Shown: positions 1 to 13,424 of the stretch, piece by piece
Numbering within the stretch: position 1 is the stretch's first letter
Layout of the letters: each line of letters opens with the position of its first letter
Source: Phoronis australis
Lineage: Eukaryota > Animalia > Phoronida
DNA: 64,000 nucleotides
Reading direction: 5' to 3'
Assembly (NCBI GenBank): GCA_002633005.1
Contig: NMRA01000176.1
Span: 580,901 to 644,900 of the forward strand
Translations under genes and position numbers: made by a program
The notes under the pieces: generated by a model
Told to the model about the DNA's origin: nothing
The model's input: only the letters and a program-made list of their open reading frames with translations
Database searches by the model: none

Positions 1-417
1 GTGGCAATGCGCACTACGACTGCTTTTCCGTCGTCTGCTCCACTGTGCAATGAAGAAATTTTACTTCATTTTTTAAAGAAAATGGAACCTGAGTGACCAT
101 GAAAAAACAGAAGCTGTTGGCAAGATGTGAATTTTAATCGAAGCCTTAGTGAATCACTCAGAAACTCGCAATACACTCTTTGCCAAACCTTATCTTAAGA
201 CGATTTCCAAAGCAATCCCGTCATTATTGCCAACACGAAAAACGGATTTGGTCTTTTGGGCATTTGAAGACCATTTTAAATATTTAAAAATTGTTAAGAA
301 CCGATTGCACAAAATATAAAACGTGTAATAAGCATTACAAAAAGAAGTAGGTTTCGCGCACAAACGCTGTGGACCATAAAGAAGTAGGTCTCGTAGTAAA
401 GGATTAGTAGTTAAATC

Positions 418-486
418 GAGCTGGTGTAGTGGTAAAGCACGAGCTCTCTATCCGCCAGGTCGTGAATTCGAGTCTGTTGTAGCCTA
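418..486 (+). repeat. Degenerate tRNA-derived (SINE-head-like) sequence
   Basis: A-box-like TGGTGTAGTGG (422-432) and B-box-like GAATTCGAGTC (464-474) lie at tRNA spacing. No clean cloverleaf is visible. Confidence 0.35.
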
Positions 487-2898
487 TATGCGGTTTTTCC
501 TGTTCGACACGTTCTCCGTGTTTTTTTTTTTCCTTTTTTCTTGGATAATACTTCAAGAATTGAGGAAAATCAAGGAAAATGCTTGATTTTTAGAGGAAAA
601 AACACAATAATTTCCTGGGCGGGGGGTTTGCCGCCATCCCCCATTCGGTGCTATGCGCATCTACATGTACAATCGTGGTTTGCGCAAATTCTTACAGCCG
701 GACAAAATGTTGGCCTCCCTTGTGATATCCTAGATCCGCCACTGAATCGGGACAACCAATCGCAGCCTTGGTCATCCTCGTTTTGAGTTGTGTGAAAAGT
801 CGTTAGATATTACTGCTCGTTTCCCCGTGGTTTATTGCATTATAAAAAATGGTTAGGCGTTGCGTTTGTGGTGGTTGGTGACAAGTCAGTAAGTGAGCTC
901 GCTGTGTCTCTTTTCATTTTCGGGAGGATATGGTACAAGTTTGTACGAGAAACTCTCGCATTGGTGGACATGACAAACTGGCGCTGGGTACGCCGGTTCA
1001 TACGTCAAACTCAGGTCCGTGGAGATAAGAAACTTTCAATTAAAGTCGCTTTTCTTCTATTTTGGATATTGAATTCACGGTTGCGATATGCCGTGCTGCA
1101 ACTGAAACAAACGGGGGTTTAATCATGCTGACAATGCAGGCATTTGTCAATACAAAATAAACGGTGGTCTTAAGCATGTTCTGGTTCCCAAAACAACTTC
1201 TTATGTACATTGAGGCGTGACTGCTTTTCCAAAGCAAAGTCATTGCAACCTCCTACACTTTATCTGGACTGAAATTCGTACACACTAATCACCTGTAATT
1301 CTAGCTGGCAATCTAACGAACCTGATATGCAGGTCTCGAATTATGAGTTGTTCTTGCGCCTATTAATCAACTCTAAACTGCGAGAGGAATGTGAAGAGAT
1401 CAATTTTATAACGGTAGAGGCTTGCATCAAAAGTTGATTTGCTGCATCTTTCAGAAGGCGGACACGATAGTTTTTTTAAAGCATTTCACTTCAATATAAT
1501 CCTCATCAAGGCATTGAAACAAAAAATATGTCAGGTGTAAACAAAAGCATTTGCAATTGATTAAAAGTCTATAGTTGGTGACCCCTCCATGGACACCAAA
1601 CACGAAAATAGGAATTGATGCAAGGCACGTAAAAAGGTAACGCATAATCACGATTGATCATTCCAACAAAAACTGTCACGCTACGGCCACCAGTAACACT
1701 ATTTAATGTTGCGACGGTCACACAAGCGCAAAACCAATGACAGAATCCTTTGCAAGCGCACTAGAGCGCACTTCCTTTACGGTACGTTTTCAATCATATT
1801 TCATTGAGACCAGTGTTACCAAAAAGCTGCATTATCGAAATGCACCCCGGGGAAACAAACAACTGTTGGACGCAGCCGTACACATTCAGAAACGATAACA
1901 AAAGCCTTTGAACGCAATAACAGTTTACACCAGACCATTGCAAGTACACCATAGTCGTTTCGTAGTGTACTTTCTTTTCGGCGACGAGACTATGGTGATC
2001 CACTAAACAGCACGAATGATGATGAGAAAACATACCTCTACGCCATTAAAGTTTTATAATATCCACTGCTGGTCTTGTGTTAAGATTGGGACAGTGTCTT
2101 GGTTTGTGTACAAAGTTTGGTTTCAGTAAGTCGTTACGCTGTCACCCACCTATGATCCCATGATCAAGTGATAACAGCATTAGATATCGCCAAATTAACT
2201 AGAAATAAACAATGCTAGTGAAACGTTATGAAAGTCAATTTCTTTCACGTTGAACTCGTTTTCCCAGTATATAAACACTTCACTTCTTTCGTTCTCCACA
2301 TTGTTAATTTGTATTGCAACAGCAAGTGCTCTAAGCGCATCCTAAACCGGCATTCACACTTTCGCACACAACCCCAAACTTTGTGGGTCAAAATGGCGGA
2401 CTATTGTTGTATTTACATATTCCCGTGGCTGATTGCTTGAAATTATTTGCTTGTTGGAACTATCCATTAGGCCCACTCGCCTTTACCAAACACTGTCTTC
2501 TAATGTGTGCCCAAGTGTTTTCATCCACAGGCACATGTGCTTAGGGATCATTTATATGCGAACATCGTTAAGCAGGGCATGCCCCCTAGGCAGGCTATTT
2601 GTCCGACATTCTGTACATTCTTATTGCTTTCATTGAATATACTAGAAATTTATAATTGGTTTAACTCAAGGGTTCCTTCATACAGAGGCACAACCTGCAT
2701 ATACTGTATATTTCGAGCATTGTTTGTGATGATGCAATGGGGGATTTGGGGGGGGGGGGAGCCCAACCCCTCCCCCTTGGTTGCCGCAAGNACAATCGCG
2801 CTTTGCCCAATTCCCTGAGGCAACGTGCTGCCCCCACTCCCCCCGGTTATGGTACCCTAAGTCCGCCACTGTGATGAATGTAATATTTCAATCAAATC

Positions 2899-2904
2899 TT
2901 TATT
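2899..2904 (-). promoter_or_regulatory. Candidate polyadenylation signal (AATAAA) of hyccin
   Basis: TTTATT on + strand, about 520 nt downstream of the hyccin stop codon. Confidence 0.4.
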
Positions 2905-3425
2905 TTCTTTTAAAAACCAGCAAGAAATAGTGCACAAGTCAAGCAAAATAATAAATATTAAACATCCCATGGATACAGCAGGACAGTACGCTAACAATAG
3001 AACAGTCTACAAGAGGCAAGAGTCTGTAGTCACCTGATAAACAGGGACTTTCATATTTCAAAACTTATTCTGGCCAAGTGTGTCTATTTTGAAAACTATT
3101 GTAGCTGCCATCAACCAAATATATTGCAAACTGTGGGCATTTACAACAATCACTGAAAAGTCAAAAACAATTGGATATTGTTTTTGCCAATTGGCGAGAT
3201 TTTAATGTAGACTCCGTGCATGTAATTTACACAGAGATGTTCTATGAGAAATTTTCCTGCATGCGATTAATTTTACACAAATTGGGTCAAATCAAACCAA
3301 AGATGTTTTGCCCTTGCACAGAGTATTATTTTTTTCCAATGTAAAACTTACAAAGGATCTAAGCTGTAGTTCTGACAAGGTGTTCTAATTCTGCAAATCA
3401 TAATTTGTTCGATCGCATATGAAAC

Positions 3426-3916
3426 TCAGACTTGTGTATTAATGGAATGGGGGTTTACTCTCTCCATAGAAACCCGCTTTTTGATCTTCTGTGGGGGAGG
3501 CAGAGATGACTCACTACATGTGTACATGACGTCGGAATTACGTGATGAACTGGAATCGATCATCATCGATTCTGGTGAACCCCGCATTGGAGAATCCGAC
3601 TCAATTTGGTGTTCCGATATTTTCTGAAGTTCAATCACCGGCTCTCCTACCCTCTTTGGAAGCACCGTCACAGTAGGGGTCACTTCTAGTTCTGTCAAAG
3701 ATTGCTTTCGTGGACTGAGAGGAGGAACACCGCTGGAATCTCTCCTAGCCTCTTTTCCACCATCTTGTTTGTCTTTCCTTAGTTTATCACCCATTTTTAA
3801 CACAGACTTGAACGGTCGCGTAATCTGCTCGATTGCTTTAGACTTTTCTTCGGTTTTCTTTTCTGCAGTTTCCTCACACGGAACTCCCCCTTCCCCTTCC
3901 CCTACAGTGATGTCGT
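3426..3916 (-). CDS. FAM126A: Hyccin coding exon 11 (last; low-complexity Ser/Lys/Glu-rich tail, ends TGA)
   Basis: Acceptor ttcag|AC GAC ATC completes KKLP-DDI in phase 1. Frame is open to the stop at 3426-3428 (ORF 3426..3956). Confidence 0.88.
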
Positions 3917-4730
3917 CTGAAGTGCAAACGTCAAAAGTTAGGCAACTGAAGGTCAAAGGTTATACAGTTCAAGAGCAAAGAATGGGACACAACAGTGAAA
4001 AATACTCATCACCAACACAACACTAAGCAAATTTTACACTTTAGTCTCATAATCAGACATTGTCCAAGGTTTATGTAGATGTGACAGATGATTAAGTTTA
4101 ATTTGATTGGACAACAGAACTGAATTAAGTAGAACTATTCATTGAAATGTCTTATCAATATCAACATGAGAAAACCATAAGCTCTAAAAGACGTAGTGTA
4201 ATAGCATTTCACAACTTTTAGTTCAATTTTAGTAATTACACAACAAAGCCTCATTTGAAACCTTTTCATCAATGAATGTGCAGTGGAAACAAAGATGCAG
4301 TGAAAACGAATTAAAAAATCTACAAAAGATGAACTGTTAAGACTAATAAAATCAAATGAAAACTACCACAAAATGGAAATGATTAGCATTCAGATTTAAT
4401 GTAAGGTCACAGATGGTCCTCTTTGAAAGAGAGAGAGCATACTGTGACCACACGCACTAGCTATTCTGTGCAAGTCAAATGAATTCAAATTAATCACACT
4501 CGTCTTTGTTCACAGGAATAATTCTGGGCCCGTTATCACAGGCTGTACAACACTTATTTCAAAGCGGCTCAAAAGCCTACCTTATGTCCCCCCCAAAAAC
4601 GCATTGTTGATTTAGACCACAATGATTTAACATTACGAGTTTTCAGTCAAATTGTTCCCTAGTCAAAATACTTACCAGGTGTAATTTCAGGGCATAGAAA
4701 GAACCGACAGTTCAGAATTGCTCGAGTCTA

Positions 4731-5222
4731 GGCTCTACAAGGTGACTGGTCATGGCTCTACAAGGTGACTGGTCATGGCTCTACAAGGTGACTGGTCATG
4801 GCTCTACAAGGTGACTGGTCATGGCTCTACAAGGTGACTGGNNNNNNNNNNNNNNNNNNNNNNNNNNNNNNNNNNNNNNNNNNNNNNNNNNNNNNNNNNN
4901 NNNNNNNNNNNNNNNNNNNNNNNNNNNNNNNNNNNNNNNNNNNNNNNNNNNNNNNNNNNNNNNNNNNNNNNNNNNNNNNNNNNNNNNNNNNNNNNNNNNN
5001 NNNNNNNNNNNNNNNNNNNNNNNNNNNNNNNNNNNNNNNNNNNNNNNNNNNNNNTGGTCATGGCTCTACAAGGTGACTGGTCATGGCTCTACAAGGGACT
5101 GGTCATGGCTCTTTCCACGTGACTGGTCATGGTTCTAGGATGTGACTGGTCATGGCTCTACAAGGTGACTGGTCATGGCTCTACAAGGTGACTGGCCATG
5201 GCTCTACATGGTGACTGGTCAT
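4731..5222 (+). repeat. 23-bp minisatellite (GGTCATGGCTCTACAAGGTGACT)n spanning an N gap
   Basis: Near-perfect tandem copies on both sides of the gap at 4842-5054, with diverged copies toward the right end. Confidence 0.95.
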
Positions 5223-6613
5223 AGCGTGTTATTTTATTCGCCAAGGATGAACTCGAGGAATAATGAACTGTCAGTTCTTTGCAAGACCAAAAATCACCTC
5301 TCATCTGAGTAAGCATCACGTGGAGACCAATTTTAGTTTTCTTGGCGGAATGTGTGTTTAATGCTGCTTTAAGTGAACAAAAGCAACAGAAGCTTTAGCA
5401 AGCTGCAAACAATTTGGGTTCAATAACAACAGTCACCTGACAACTGCAGCAGCCATTTTGGAATGGTTTTGCCCATTTTTACGAAATAGGCTCCCACATG
5501 GGCGCATTGGTTACCAGATGGGGATATTGAGAATTGTAACTTTTTATTTTTCATGAACGCAACTTCCCAAACTACAGTTTTTGAGTGATTCACTATAACC
5601 ATAAGACAATGCGGTTTTAAAGAGGAAACTCGTTTCCTGCACCATCTTGTCACAGTGCAACTGATTGAGTATTCACCACGTAGATGTAAGACAGTGAGAA
5701 TGTAATCGAAGTGAGCTTGACAAGAAAGTTAATTAATTAATGGTGCCTAGCTAGAGATACAGACGTGAAAAAAACATTTTACATGTTCACTTTCGTCCTG
5801 GTTATACGCAGCATCAACATCTTCAAGCGTGATCACTTCCAAGGACATGGCAGGTAAAGAAGCATAATTACGTGGACGTCAGAAGGTTTGTAAATTCTAA
5901 GGACAAATGAGTCGCTTTCCAAACAGCAATTATTATAAAGGCATCAGTTATTGCAAAAATATTGAATATTATAATTATCAGTTATTGCAAAAATATCAAA
6001 CATTATAATTACGATAATTCCAACTTGTATCAGCAGAAATAACCAGCCTCACAGTAGTTTTCAAAATGCACACATTTCAGCAAAACTGCGAGATCCTGCC
6101 CAACTTGAACGATTTTCTTCCCAGAGAAATTTGTCCGTCTCGTTTATCATTTGCCCCAAACTTAGTCACACTTTAATTAGACATTATCGCTTTAATTTTT
6201 CTAATTTGCAAATGAAGTTGCAAGGCAAACAAATCTCAATTTTGAGAAAGTGCATGGAGCACCACCCATCCAAGTTTTGTGTGAGCTGAATGCGTACCAG
6301 TCGAAAACGATTCTGGATAATTATTTAGTTGGTGTTTTGTGTGGCGAAACTTCATCGGATTCAGATGTAGTCTAGGATATTTTGGCAAAACTAATCCTAA
6401 CCAGTTTATCTTTGCGGTAGTTGCATTTTCCTTTTATTCCATAGTATTTGCTTTACTTCTGCAGCGTATTCCTTCATTGTATTCCTCCAAGGACTTTCAT
6501 TGTCCAATATGATACAGCAAAATCCTTGTAATACTTCGCATCAAAATTTTCAACACAACACTACCCACAATGCAGCTCAAACGTGTACTTCTTGTTTCAC
6601 GTTTTCAAGTTAC

Positions 6614-6779
6614 CTGGGAGTTTCTTGATCCGAAAAGAGGCATTTGTAATTGCCTGCTTGTTTGTTGAAAGCAAAGCAGTGCTCTGATTGGTTGGCGCTG
6701 CGAGGCTGATTCCCATTGGTCCATCCTTGGGTCGTCCTGATGGATTTTGGGAAAGTGAGTTTTTTATCGCATTTGTAAC
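6614..6779 (-). CDS. FAM126A: Hyccin coding exon 10
   Basis: ttcag|GTT...CCA G|gtaact; translates VTNAIKNSLSQNPSGRPKDGPMGISLAAPTNQSTALLSTNKQAITNASFRIKKLP. Confidence 0.93.
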
Positions 6780-6924
6780 CTGAAAGATCCATTAAATCAT
6801 TAGCAACACTATGCACAGTTCTCTCATGACAATAATAAGGAATCATAAACTGCAAAACGCTCGATTTCAGGGGAAATTTTTGTGGACATAACAGGTGACT
6901 AACTTTGAAGGCAAACAGAATTAA

Positions 6925-8630
6925 AGGAGAATGCCACCCAAAAAACAACCTATTATGTATCAAATTTAGATTGAGTAGTTCTACTCGACAACGGCACATT
7001 CGGTTGCGTTACCTGACACCTGACGGCAGACGGAGGTGTTGAAATTATCCAACGACGTAAGTGGTTTCACACACAGTCTGTTCAGCAGTTCACAACACGG
7101 GTTACTGGAGTTAGCTTATTGCTTGAATTCATCGTTTAACACCAATAAATCATCAAACTATGATGTAAAACCCTTAAAAATGCATCGAGGTCTTATAAAA
7201 ACGTGTTGTTTTGTTTCGCTGTTGACGGATTTACTGGTATTTGGACACACCGTAGCCTACAATTAAAGTTCAGCAGGCCAATTTACCATGCCGTTACAGG
7301 AGTTTGGGGTCTGTTTGTAAATTCGAACTATTCTTCCGTGAAATACAGACAGGAGAACTTAGATCTGTGTTGTTTATACTTGTGATTTTGTTTGAGATCC
7401 AAACACACAAAACACTTGTTATCCCGGCCAGTGGCTCAGAACCGATCCGCCCCGTCGCGGCCGGACTGACTCGTTATCCGCCAGTGGCTCGGAGCCCAAT
7501 CAGACCCGTCGCAGCCGCCGGGACTGGCATGAACATAAACCAGATTGAGTTGGAAACTAAAACTCCAGTCACGAAAAGACTATAATAGTGAGCCAAAGAA
7601 ATAATGTGCAAGTAATTACTTATGTGAATTAGCCACGAAACTGAAAATCTACTTTACTTGGCCGCGAAGTTCCCCTTCCACATACCATCAGGGCAAAGGT
7701 TGTACAGTAACAACGATTTGAATAATGTATTTGTATCAATCTAAATAAATATTCCCCTAACATGTGACCATAGCATATAAAATCGAGTAATTGTTTCACA
7801 ACATCTTTCTGTCAGCAAACACTGATTTAGCATGCGCTCACATGGCCTCGGAGCCCGGTCAGTAGCCTTAAGTTTGTTGCCGGCATCAAAAGCCGGTAAC
7901 GCAGTGGTTTATTCATTACTGGCTTCTCTAAACATTTGCACTCACGAGCTCTCCAAGGCATTACAAATTGTATCTAATAAGAGACTTTGTTTCAGTTTCA
8001 TTTAAGCAATGGTTAGGATGAGAATAATTCATTTTGAAACAGAACGCAGAATAATAAACGTCTACATGGCAACTCGCCCAGCGCCAATCCCAACTTAGTC
8101 AAGAGCTCATTCAACGAAGATTCACAGGTTGGATCGTTAGGTTTCACAGGCTATCAGTTCGAACTGGAATACACTGATCAAGAAATACTAGAGAGGAGCC
8201 GTGACCATGCACAGGCAACGGAACGCATGGATAGTTCTTTGGTAAGCCGGAATCAGTCGGAGAAATCACTGTCGAAAAAATGCCGGTCACAGACACGGAG
8301 TGTTTCACGCCCTCATACTTGCTATTAACAGCGTACCTTTTTTTCTTCACTACCGCGAGCCACTTCCTAATCATTTCGGGCTCTCGAGGAAGTCGAAAAA
8401 AACGATATACCTGCTTTCGTCACAGCTTCATAGTTCGGACAAGCGGGAACGATGCACAGCAAAATAGTGGCATTCATTCTGCAGACAAACCACTGACGTC
8501 GCTGCGTCGTTTTCACCTTCCTCACAGGTTAACCTGAGACCTCTCAGCAAGGTGAGGTCGACCATAAAAGAGGCGATGTGGATATAGACCGATTAAGACG
8601 GTAAGAAAGATTCAATAAATCCGGTGGCAC
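6925..8630. mobile_element. Kolobok-like non-autonomous DNA transposon, copy 1 (degenerate THAP domain on minus strand)
   Basis: Left end TTAA|AGGAGAATGCCACCCA; collinear with 31351-33024. Minus strand ~8215-8477 reads CIVPACPN..ISFF/RLPREPEMIRKWLAVVK../RVCDRHF, a frameshifted THAP signature. The right end is decayed. Confidence 0.7.
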
Positions 8631-8753
8631 AACGTGTGCAATACCGAAACACAGACTACAAATAAAGTGGTAGACTGGTGACTAACAGGAAGACACACAG
8701 ACAGACGATTTGTGGTTCCGTATTTACGCACTAAGCTGCCTAGAAGAACTTAC

Positions 8754-8841
8754 CAGTAAGACCTCTGGATAAAGTTCGTGGCAAGCTCTGAAGTGAATGT
8801 CCTCTAAAGCTCCAATACCTGCATTGGCATAACCATTAAAC
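8754..8841 (-). CDS. FAM126A: Hyccin coding exon 9
   Basis: tgcag|G TTT...CTG|gtaagt; translates FNGYANAGIGALEDIHFRACHELYPEVLL. Confidence 0.95.
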
Positions 8842-9908
8842 CTGCAACAGGAAAACTTATAGTGCTAAAGTAGAGCTCAAAACACAGAAGCACTCCAGTC
8901 AATGTCAATTCATAACTGCAGTAGTTCTTCAATTAATTAGCACAGCATATTGTTGACATTCGAGTGAAATTCTATTTTGTCAAATTTCTCCACAAAAATA
9001 AAGATTAGAAACATCTAGTCTATTACTAGTGCGGTTTGTACAGAGCAGATGCCACAAAACACCTTTTGGTAAAGTCTCCGTTATAAAAACTGTATCAAAG
9101 CAATCAGTCTCGAAAAAATGGAAAATGACTGACAATTATTTTTGTGTGAAACGAGTGAAGAATTCAATATTTCTTGACAAAACCAGTACATGTCTAAAAC
9201 AATCTACAACATAATTAGTAACGAAGCGTTGTATCATGACTCGTTGCAGCAACTCTGACAGCGAGCCCTGCTAACACTCAGCCATCATGAGTCTGAGGAT
9301 TGTTTTGTCCAACAATTTTTGGCGTGTGCTTACTAGGTCAATCCACATAAAAGTGGACACTGCACACTATGTTATGACTTGTTTAAGCACTCATCATTCA
9401 CCACTTTCCAAATTAATAAACAGAATTATATGGAGTATAGGCAACAGATTTTTCAATTCGACAAAGGTTTAGGCCAGTTCACATAACAGCGTACATTTTT
9501 AGCATCTTTTCAAACATTTTTCGATAAAACTTTTATTCAAATGAGGAAAATTGATAATTCCACAGTTCTTGCACTCAAGTGATTATCTTTCAAGATTCAA
9601 AAAAGTCCAAGAAAGACTCACATGAACAGTGCTTGTGAATACTTTCAGGAACAGTGCCCGTTGTCACAGACTAACGCTGTCATTCATTGGTATATAACAT
9701 GTAACTCATTGTGAGAAACACTGACAAGGTAATGTCACTACTTTCACAGTCTGCGGAGACAGCTGCTTACAAGGGCAGAACATTTTGAGAACCAAGTTTT
9801 CTCCACTGAATAACAGGCATGAAACTGGTGATCAAAATCCGGGACCGCTGTAAGTGACTATAGCCTTTAATGCATTAGAATACACACAGACAAATGAGCT
9901 TGACTTAC

Positions 9909-10040
9909 ATAACAAAGTAGACACTGCTAAGTAGTTCTAAGAGGAATGGAGAATTAACAGCGACTCGAGGCACAGTATGCACGGCTTTTGTCTTGCCGGA
10001 CTGTTGAGATTTCAGATGGTCAAACCCTGTAGCACACACC
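9909..10040 (-). CDS. FAM126A: Hyccin coding exon 8
   Basis: tacag|G GTG...GTT AT|gtaagt; translates VCATGFDHLKSQQSGKTKAVHTVPRVAVNSPFLLELLSSVYFVM. Confidence 0.92.
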
Positions 10041-10378
10041 CTGTAAATGATGAACGCTTGGCATTAAAGTTGCTGAATACTCCTTTTTTAATAAATGTTT
10101 TTGATTTGTTTTGAAATGTCTGGAAATGACATGAGACACAACTTTAAGCCATCTCGCAAAGTTTTGAAAATTTTTCAGCTGAATGTCTCCTTTTGAGAAA
10201 ACAAACTTTGACAAATTAATATAGGCAGTGGTACGACCACATGTTTTCTGGGGACGCTGATAAAATTTTTAAGCAATTATTATTATTATTAATCAAGGAC
10301 ATGGCCCTTTGTTGAATTTTGTACCCCCTTCCAAGATCTTGATTCATTTTGTTGTGACAAACACAAAAAAACGGCTTA

Positions 10379-11899
10379 CCGCATTCGCCGTAATAACCGC
10401 CCATGCCCCTATAAGCGCCCCCACGCATTTTCAGACTAAAAATAAGCGCCCAGTCCATGAACGTGTACTTGCGAAAAATGCCTTACCTAAAGTCATAAAA
10501 TTCTACAGTAACGTCTTCAATTTATCAATTTTTTATCCGACAGTCCTGAAAAAAATTATTGTGCGCAGAATTTGTAGACCACGAGCCTCGCCGTTATGTT
10601 GGAATTTAGACGTGACTATACACTTCAAACTTCCGCCATGCCTCAAAACAAACACAAAAGTTCTGCTGATATTGCGAGGACCAATGGTCTGGCCTTTCAG
10701 AACAAAAGTAGTGTACTTGTCTACGGGATTGCTTTGTAGATATTTCCCGCTTTCAACAGGAATCCAAATTTCTTTGTAGGCCTACACGTCGTGAAAACCG
10801 CGAATCGAAGACTAATAAACAACTTGGCCAGTGTTAAAAGCACGTGGCCAGGAAGCGCGCGCTACACAGACATGAACCTGTCAACAAATGCATTAGTCGG
10901 GAACTATCCATTCATGAAACGGGTAGCAAAGCAGCGGCAAGAAATGAATATTGGTACTAATTTCCGACAGATTCTCATACTATAAAAATGTTTGCGTTAT
11001 TTTTAAAATGAATTGTTTGATTAACCATAATTGGTGCTTTCATAAGCCAAATATCCAATAAAATAACCACTGACAGTGAATGCTTACACACCCTTACACC
11101 TAAAAATAACTGTCAGATAGTCACGTAGGCCTACGCATCCAGCCACACAGCGACTAATATGGCCTTACCGAGACAAATGTCAAACGTTTTTAGCACGAGA
11201 CCGGCAAGTGCTGAATGAAACATGCTCTGGTTTAGGCCAACTGCTCATGCAAATTTCTTTAGATAAAATGCACATCTAGCCTGTTAGATTGCGTGGCTCT
11301 GGCCAAAAGACGGTCTCTGCTCTGGCAAATGAACTCTGGCGACACGCACGCGCTCGCTTACTCACAAACGCAGACAACTTCAAAACAAACGTCACGTGAC
11401 AACATGTGTGTTTGTCCAGACTTTTTTCTCATGTTGCCGATCATACATGTAGATGGCACAATACAGCACAGGTTTGTACTTAAACCTGCCGTGATCCCGA
11501 CTCCACGGGAACTTAAAAATCTGAGGGACCCTACTTGGAAAACTTAAGGAGGATTTCAGGTAATTTGCTTGAGTCGAAACTGGATTTTTGTTCAAGCATT
11601 CAAGTTGCCATATCGACAATTGCGAGGCAGGCAGTCGGTGAGTTTTCGCCCTGGGATTTCAGCACAATTTTCTGTAAACAAATGATCGTAATTTAGCAGC
11701 AAAGTTTGATAGCAATGCACCACGGTTTTGTAGAGTCTTTCATAGATTACAGATATGTCACAGAGAGTAAATATAATGAGTCTTAGCTTCCGATTTCACT
11801 CGTTTCGGAGACCGGCTTTCAATGGCCTTGGGTTATAATAAGCAACCCCCTGAAACAAACTTTTCTAAGCGCCCTGGGCAGTTATTACGGCGAATACGG
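10379..11899. mobile_element. Tc1/mariner-pogo-like non-autonomous element (~1.5 kb)
   Basis: TA|CCGCATTCGCCGTAATAAC ... GTTATTACGGCGAATACGG|TA, i.e. inverted termini with a TA TSD. Related sequence occurs at ~29251-29539, ~30368-30644 and ~59680-60730. Confidence 0.8.
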
Positions 11900-11994
11900 T
11901 AATTTGAATTCTATGAGAGGATGACATTTTATGATTATCTGCTTTAAACTGGTGAAACCAACTTCCGAGAAAGGCATCTTTCAGAGAGCATTAC

Positions 11995-12090
11995 CTGTTG
12001 GCCAGCTCACAGACAGACTGGTGAGACATCTGTGGGAAATTGGCGATATCAGCATTGTAACACCTAAGCACGTATGTCATCACAGATAAT
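11995..12090 (-). CDS. FAM126A: Hyccin coding exon 7
   Basis: tttag|A TTA...AAC AG|gtaat; translates LSVMTYVLRCYNADIANFPQMSHQSVCELANR. Confidence 0.93.
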
Positions 12091-13302
12091 CTAAAAAAGG
12101 AAAACAAACCACTTTGTATTCTTACAGCCTCAATGACTGGCTATTTATCCGCTTAAATGCAAGATGGCGTGATATCTCCATGTTTGGGCGGGTAAATGCG
12201 ATTTCAATTCTTTTGAAATTTTTGAATATAGGGAGTGGCTCAGTGACACGCGAGCTTAAATCTCATGGCACGTGACTACTTTTGTCTCGGCGTGAGACAA
12301 CTATTAGGTAAAAGTTTAAGCACATATCAAAGGTAAAGAGATTGGGCAGTATTGACTGACACGACGGGTGAGACAATAGGCAAAAGGAGTTTAGCCTACC
12401 CCAGTCTGTGGAAAATCAGCTCTAACGAGTAGTTTGCAACCATCCGAGAGTTCTTGAACATGCAGCACAATCGCAATGCATTTTCAGAATTTCCACACGA
12501 GTTGCAGAATATAATTTTAATTTCCATTAGATATTTAAAATTAATTAATACTTAACTTATCCAAAAGAATCTGTATGTAATTTTCATTTTTCATGTTTGA
12601 CAATTGCTGCTAATGAACGATTATATCGATTTAGGACTTGCCTTGAAATATGGCAGTATAACAGTATTTTATTATGCAACCATGAGACATTTTCAATGAA
12701 TTCTCCATGCTTTATTTTCCATAAATATTCTAAGCACAGAAAATATTTTTTGTCACTTTCCAAGCCTTCCATGTGAGTGGGAATTGACTAAAACGTTAAC
12801 AGACTACCTTGATGTAAAATGTAATTTAATACACTTTTATCATCTCGCCCAAGGTTGTTCTAATTTACTGGCAAAAATCTCCTTAGAGAGTTTTGTGAGA
12901 TAAATCGGTGAATGACTGACTGGAGGGGGGTGGGGGGCACGCAAGAACGTAAAACCACGACATCTTGATTCCTCACCTTATACACCGCACTTTACAGCGA
13001 AAACAAGTCAAAATAGATACAGAAAATGAAAATTAGGAAAATTTTACCAATCCATGTAGGTGTTATAAAACAGCAATTGGTAAACCTCCCAATATTGGGA
13101 CCAGCCCATAGAAAATGGAACTATTGGAAATTATTTTTGTGCAAAAGCGTGGAGTTTGAAAAATTACTAGAAAATTATACAATTGTCACATATGTGTGCA
13201 AAACAGGTGAGAACCGGATTGAGCCTGCTTTCACGCTGCAAAACATTGGTTATTAAAATACTACTGAGCAAATATCTAATTGCCCCACAGCATTTAAAAT
13301 AC

Positions 13303-13424
13303 CTGTTCTTTGCAATCACTCTTTCCACCTGAGGGAATGGTCCATATTGAATCTTCCTTAGTTCCGAGTCCAGACTAGAGAGGGCAGACTCAGTCAGGGT
13401 GGAGCCCGGCAGAAATCCTGTGGC
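13303..13424 (-). CDS. FAM126A: Hyccin coding exon 6
   Basis: tttag|GCC...AAC AG|gtatt; translates ATGFLPGSTLTESALSSLDSELRKIQYGPFPQVERVIAKNR. Confidence 0.93.

Noticed and set aside
1700-2440. Possible promoter or first exon of another gene (AAAATGGCGG at ~2390)
   Set aside because: No supportable ORF or splice donor follows, and the region sits among repeat-like ends (TCCGCCACTG at ~735-744 and ~2862-2871).
4676-4727. Apparent extra hyccin exon ending EITP G|gtaag
   Set aside because: The rest of the peptide does not fit hyccin, it overlaps an inverted-repeat arm, and exon 6614-6779 already joins in phase to the last exon.
4731-5222. Regular 23-bp repeats as a CRISPR array
   Set aside because: Units are head-to-tail with no unique spacers, the context is a eukaryotic intron, and there are no cas genes.
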